NCBI RefSeq assembly: GCF_000284455.1
Contig: NC_017039.1
Span: 1,590,001 to 1,622,000, forward strand
Length of the DNA: 32,000 nucleotides
Direction of reading: 5' to 3'
DNA from: Synechocystis sp. PCC 6803 substr. PCC-P
Lineage (GTDB): Bacteria; Cyanobacteriota; Cyanobacteriia; Cyanobacteriales; Microcystaceae
The translations under genes and the position numbers were made by a program. The notes beneath the pieces were generated by a model, which was given only the letters and a program-made list of their open reading frames with translations, ran no database searches and was not told where the DNA came from. Positions 29,568 to 32,000 of the stretch are shown here, piece by piece. Positions within the stretch are counted from its first letter, which is position 1, and each line of letters begins with the position of its first letter.

Positions 29568-29824
29568 AGGAAGTTGTTTTAGATTCGCAGGCAATTGAAG
29601 ATATAAAGTGGTGGATTCAACAAGATAAAAAGTTAGCGTTAAAAATCATGGAATTAATTGAGACGCTACCAAAATCACCTTTTGCCGGCAAAGGAAAACC
29701 AGAAAAACTTCGTTTTAATTTGTCAGGTTTTTGGCCACGGCGCATTACTCAAGAGCATCGCCTAGTTTACGAAGTCACCGATGATTTCATTCGTGTTGTC
29801 AGTTGTCGTTATCATTACCGATAG
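29564..29824 (+). CDS. YoeB-like RelE-family mRNA interferase toxin
   Basis: 86 aa: IEDIKWWIQQDKKLALKIMELIETLPKSPFAGKGKPEKLRFNLSGFWPRRITQEHRLVYEV...VVSCRYHY, typical of YoeB/Txe. Confidence 0.88.
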   Translation: MKEVVLDSQAIEDIKWWIQQDKKLALKIMELIETLPKSPFAGKGKPEKLRFNLSGFWPRRITQEHRLVYEVTDDFIRVVSCRYHYR

Positions 29825-29849
29825 CATTAATCGTATTTCGGTCGATCAA

Positions 29850-30000
29850 GTAACGGTTTGTTACGGGTGTTAAGGGTTGGGGGTTTGTTGGATAAGCTGA
29901 TGAGTGTCGGTTCTCGATTAGGATTCCTATGTCGGACGTGATGATTCGGGTGGAAAATTTAGGCAAAAAGTACATGATTGGTCACTAGGCAGAAGGAAGG
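29850..30000 (+). repeat. Boundary repeat copy 2, containing a nonsense-terminated wzt-like start (MSDVMIRVENLGKKYMIGH*)
   Basis: Shares sequence and spacing with copy 1: the ATG lies 79 bp from the repeat start in both. TAG at 29986-29988 truncates the reading frame. Confidence 0.9.
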
Positions 30001-30048
30001 GTGAATGATAATCACTCAACACGTTTGTATTTAAACAAAGTCAATATA

Positions 30049-30909
30049 ATGACCCATCGTCAATCGCAACCAGTCATTGTTTATACGCCGGAGAGTCGTT
30101 TACGGCATCCTGTTATTCTACTTCGGGAGATGAGACGGGATTTATTGGCGTCTCGCGGTCTGGCTTGGCAGTTGTTGGTGCGGGATATTAAGGCTCAGTA
30201 TCGGCAGTCGTTGTTGGGGGTATTTTGGGCTTTTTTGCCACCGATTGTGACGGCGGTGGCGTTGTTGGTGGCGAAGGATGTGGGGGCGATCAATGTGGGG
30301 GCAACGTCGATTCCTTATCCGGCCTATGTGATGTTTAGTATGGCGTTATGGCAAACGTTTGTGGAGGCCTTGAATGGCCCTGTGGCGGCGGTGGGGGCGG
30401 CGAAACCGATGTTGGCGAAGATCAATTTCCCGAGGGAGGCGTTGATTTTGGCAAAGTTAGGGGAAGTATTTTTCAATTTTGGGATTAAGTTACTGTTGAT
30501 TGTGGCTTTGTTTATCTGGTTTCGGATTCCGGTGAGTGAGATGGTGATCTTGGCGCCGGTGGCGTTAGTCCATTTGGTGGGGTTGGGGACGGGAATTGGG
30601 TTATGGTTATCGCCGTTGGGGGCGTTGTATCAGGATATTGGCCGGGCAATTCCCTTGTTGATGACGCCTTGGTTGTTGTTAACGCCGGTAATTTATCCAC
30701 CACCAACTAAGGGTTGGTTTAGTGTGTTGGTGAACTGGAATCCGGTGACGCCGTTGTTGGTAACGGTGCGGGATTTGGCGACGGTGGGGATGGTATCGGA
30801 ACCAGCAGGGTTTTGGTGGGCTAGTGGGTTGATGGTAATTTTGCTGTTGTCAGGGTGGTTGTTTTACCGTTTGGCGATGCCGTTTATTGTTGAGCGCATG
30901 AGTAGTTGA
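30049..30909 (+). CDS. ABC-2 type polysaccharide/O-antigen export permease (Wzm-like)
   Basis: LILLREMRRDLLASRGLAWQLLVRDIKAQYRQSLLGVFWAFLPPIVTAVALLVAK, typical of the Wzm/TagG family. The GTG at 30001 is an alternative start. Confidence 0.87.
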   Translation: MTHRQSQPVIVYTPESRLRHPVILLREMRRDLLASRGLAWQLLVRDIKAQYRQSLLGVFWAFLPPIVTAVALLVAKDVGAINVGATSIPYPAYVMFSMALWQTFVEALNGPVAAVGAAKPMLAKINFPREALILAKLGEVFFNFGIKLLLIVALFIWFRIPVSEMVILAPVALVHLVGLGTGIGLWLSPLGALYQDIGRAIPLLMTPWLLLTPVIYPPPTKGWFSVLVNWNPVTPLLVTVRDLATVGMVSEPAGFWWASGLMVILLLSGWLFYRLAMPFIVERMSS

Positions 30910-30941
30910 TCACTAAAGGCGTTGAAACAAGCCCTTAATGG

Positions 30942-30990
30942 GTAACGGTTTGTTACGGGTGTTAGGGGTTGGGGCTTGGTTGGGTATGCT
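30942..30990 (+). repeat. Boundary repeat copy 3 (5' portion only)
   Basis: GTAACGGTTTGTTACGGGTGTTAGGGGTTGGGGCTTGGTTGGGTATGCT matches the start of copies 1 and 2 with a few substitutions. Confidence 0.75.
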
Positions 30991-31020
30991 GGTGGCTAAT
31001 GCTTTATGGGAGTGGATGGG

Positions 31021-32000
31021 ATGACCCAGGTGTTGCCAAGGCTGGAGCCGATCGCCGGCGGCGGTAGTGATGTGGTGCTGTCGGTGCAGGGGGTATCGAA
31101 GAAGTTTTGTCGTAGTCTGAAACGCTCTCTGTGGTATGGGGTGCAGGATATTGCGGCGGAGATGGTGGGGCGGGGTAGTCGTCGGGATCTGAGACCAGAT
31201 GAGTTTTGGGCGTTGAGGGATATTAGTTTTGAGTTGCGGCGGGGAGAGGCGTTGGGCTTAGTGGGGGCCAATGGCGCAGGGAAAACGACGCTGTTACGCA
31301 TTATTAGTGGTCTGATTAAGCCGGATGAGGGGGAGGTAAAAATTCGCGGACGGATTGCGCCGTTGATTGCGTTGGGGGCGGGGTTTAATCCAACCTTGAC
31401 GGGGAGGGAGAATATTTACACAAATATGTCGATTTTGGGGTTGACGAGGCAGGAAATTGATGATCGATTTGAGGATGTGGTGGCGTTTGCGGAGATTGGG
31501 GAGGCGTTGGATGCGCCGGTGCAGAGTTATAGTTCGGGGATGACGGCGCGGTTGGGGTTTGCTTGTGCAATTCATGTTGAACCAGAAATTTTATTGATTG
31601 ATGAAGTTTTAGCGGTTGGGGATATTAGGTTTCGGAGTAAGTGTTATGAACGTTTAACCGAATTACAAAAACATCAAGTTTCATTCATTCTAGTGACTCA
31701 CGCCGCTGATATGATTACTCGCATTTGTGAAACGGCTCTTTATCTCAAGAAGGGGCAACAAAGTCTATGGGATAAGTCAGAATTAGTGATGAAAACTTAC
31801 GATGATGATTTATTTGGAAATAATCAAGAGTCTAGTGATTTTTTTATAAATCAGGAACGTAAAATTTTGGAAATAACCGATGTTGGTCCCAAGAAAGATG
31901 CTGTTATTCGCTACATTGCTTTCGAGGATGAAAATGGTAATGTTCTTCCAGAGATTCGGTCTGGAGAAGGTATGCAACTTTGTATTGGTTGTCAAGTCAA
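31021..32000 (+). CDS. ABC transporter ATPase for polysaccharide/O-antigen export (Wzt-like), 3' end outside window
   Basis: Manual translation from ATG 31021 stays open to the window edge. Walker A LGLVGANGAGKTTLLRIISGLIKPDEG, signature SYSSGMTARLGFACA, Walker B ILLIDEVLAVGD. Not in the ORF track because it runs off the end. Confidence 0.9.
   Translation, partial: MTQVLPRLEPIAGGGSDVVLSVQGVSKKFCRSLKRSLWYGVQDIAAEMVGRGSRRDLRPDEFWALRDISFELRRGEALGLVGANGAGKTTLLRIISGLIKPDEGEVKIRGRIAPLIALGAGFNPTLTGRENIYTNMSILGLTRQEIDDRFEDVVAFAEIGEALDAPVQSYSSGMTARLGFACAIHVEPEILLIDEVLAVGDIRFRSKCYERLTELQKHQVSFILVTHAADMITRICETALYLKKGQQSLWDKSELVMKTYDDDLFGNNQESSDFFINQERKILEITDVGPKKDAVIRYIAFEDENGNVLPEIRSGEGMQLCIGCQV

Noticed and set aside
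30996-31575. Minus-strand ORFs (101 and 93 aa)
   Set aside because: Antisense to the Wzt-like ATPase that runs off the window end; Pro/Ser/Arg-rich shadow translations.

Overview
This 32 kb window is a cyanobacterial chromosome segment. It carries many HIP1 sites (GCGATCGC), and its gene content and order strongly resemble Synechocystis sp. PCC 6803. About 1-23.4 kb is conserved core: alpha/beta hydrolase (5' truncated), HpnH-like radical SAM protein, dgdA/ktrE glycosyltransferase overlapping ktrB, plsX, fabH, a CyanoP-like lipoprotein, sbtA-sbtB, nadK, thf1/psb29, ictB, a DUF3288-like protein, sodB, leuB, menA, a pentapeptide-repeat protein, an aldo/keto reductase with ferredoxin-like C-terminus, and hflX. 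From about 23.4 to 27.1 kb is an HIP1-free accessory patch: a possibly frameshifted IS701-like transposase, a 5'-truncated IS3-family transposase, a degraded ORF, an ISY100-like (IS630/Tc1) remnant, and a HepT-MntA type toxin-antitoxin pair whose hepT 3' end runs into the IS remnant. Then come pepA, tRNA-Phe, and a second mosaic patch with duplicated wzt-like N-termini around a YefM-YoeB-like pair, followed by wzm- and wzt-like polysaccharide export genes. I see no clearly new multigene system. The observations most worth follow-up are: (1) a perfect 20-bp-arm/6-nt-loop inverted repeat in the ISY100-like transposase, located where the frame is lost, suggesting a template-switch mutation; (2) a frameshifted VapB-like antitoxin beside a short VapC-like ORF; (3) a triplicated boundary repeat around the YefM-YoeB module and wzm; (4) conserved-looking HflX N-terminal sequence upstream of any canonical start codon; (5) small overlapping open frames at 13.3-13.8 kb.
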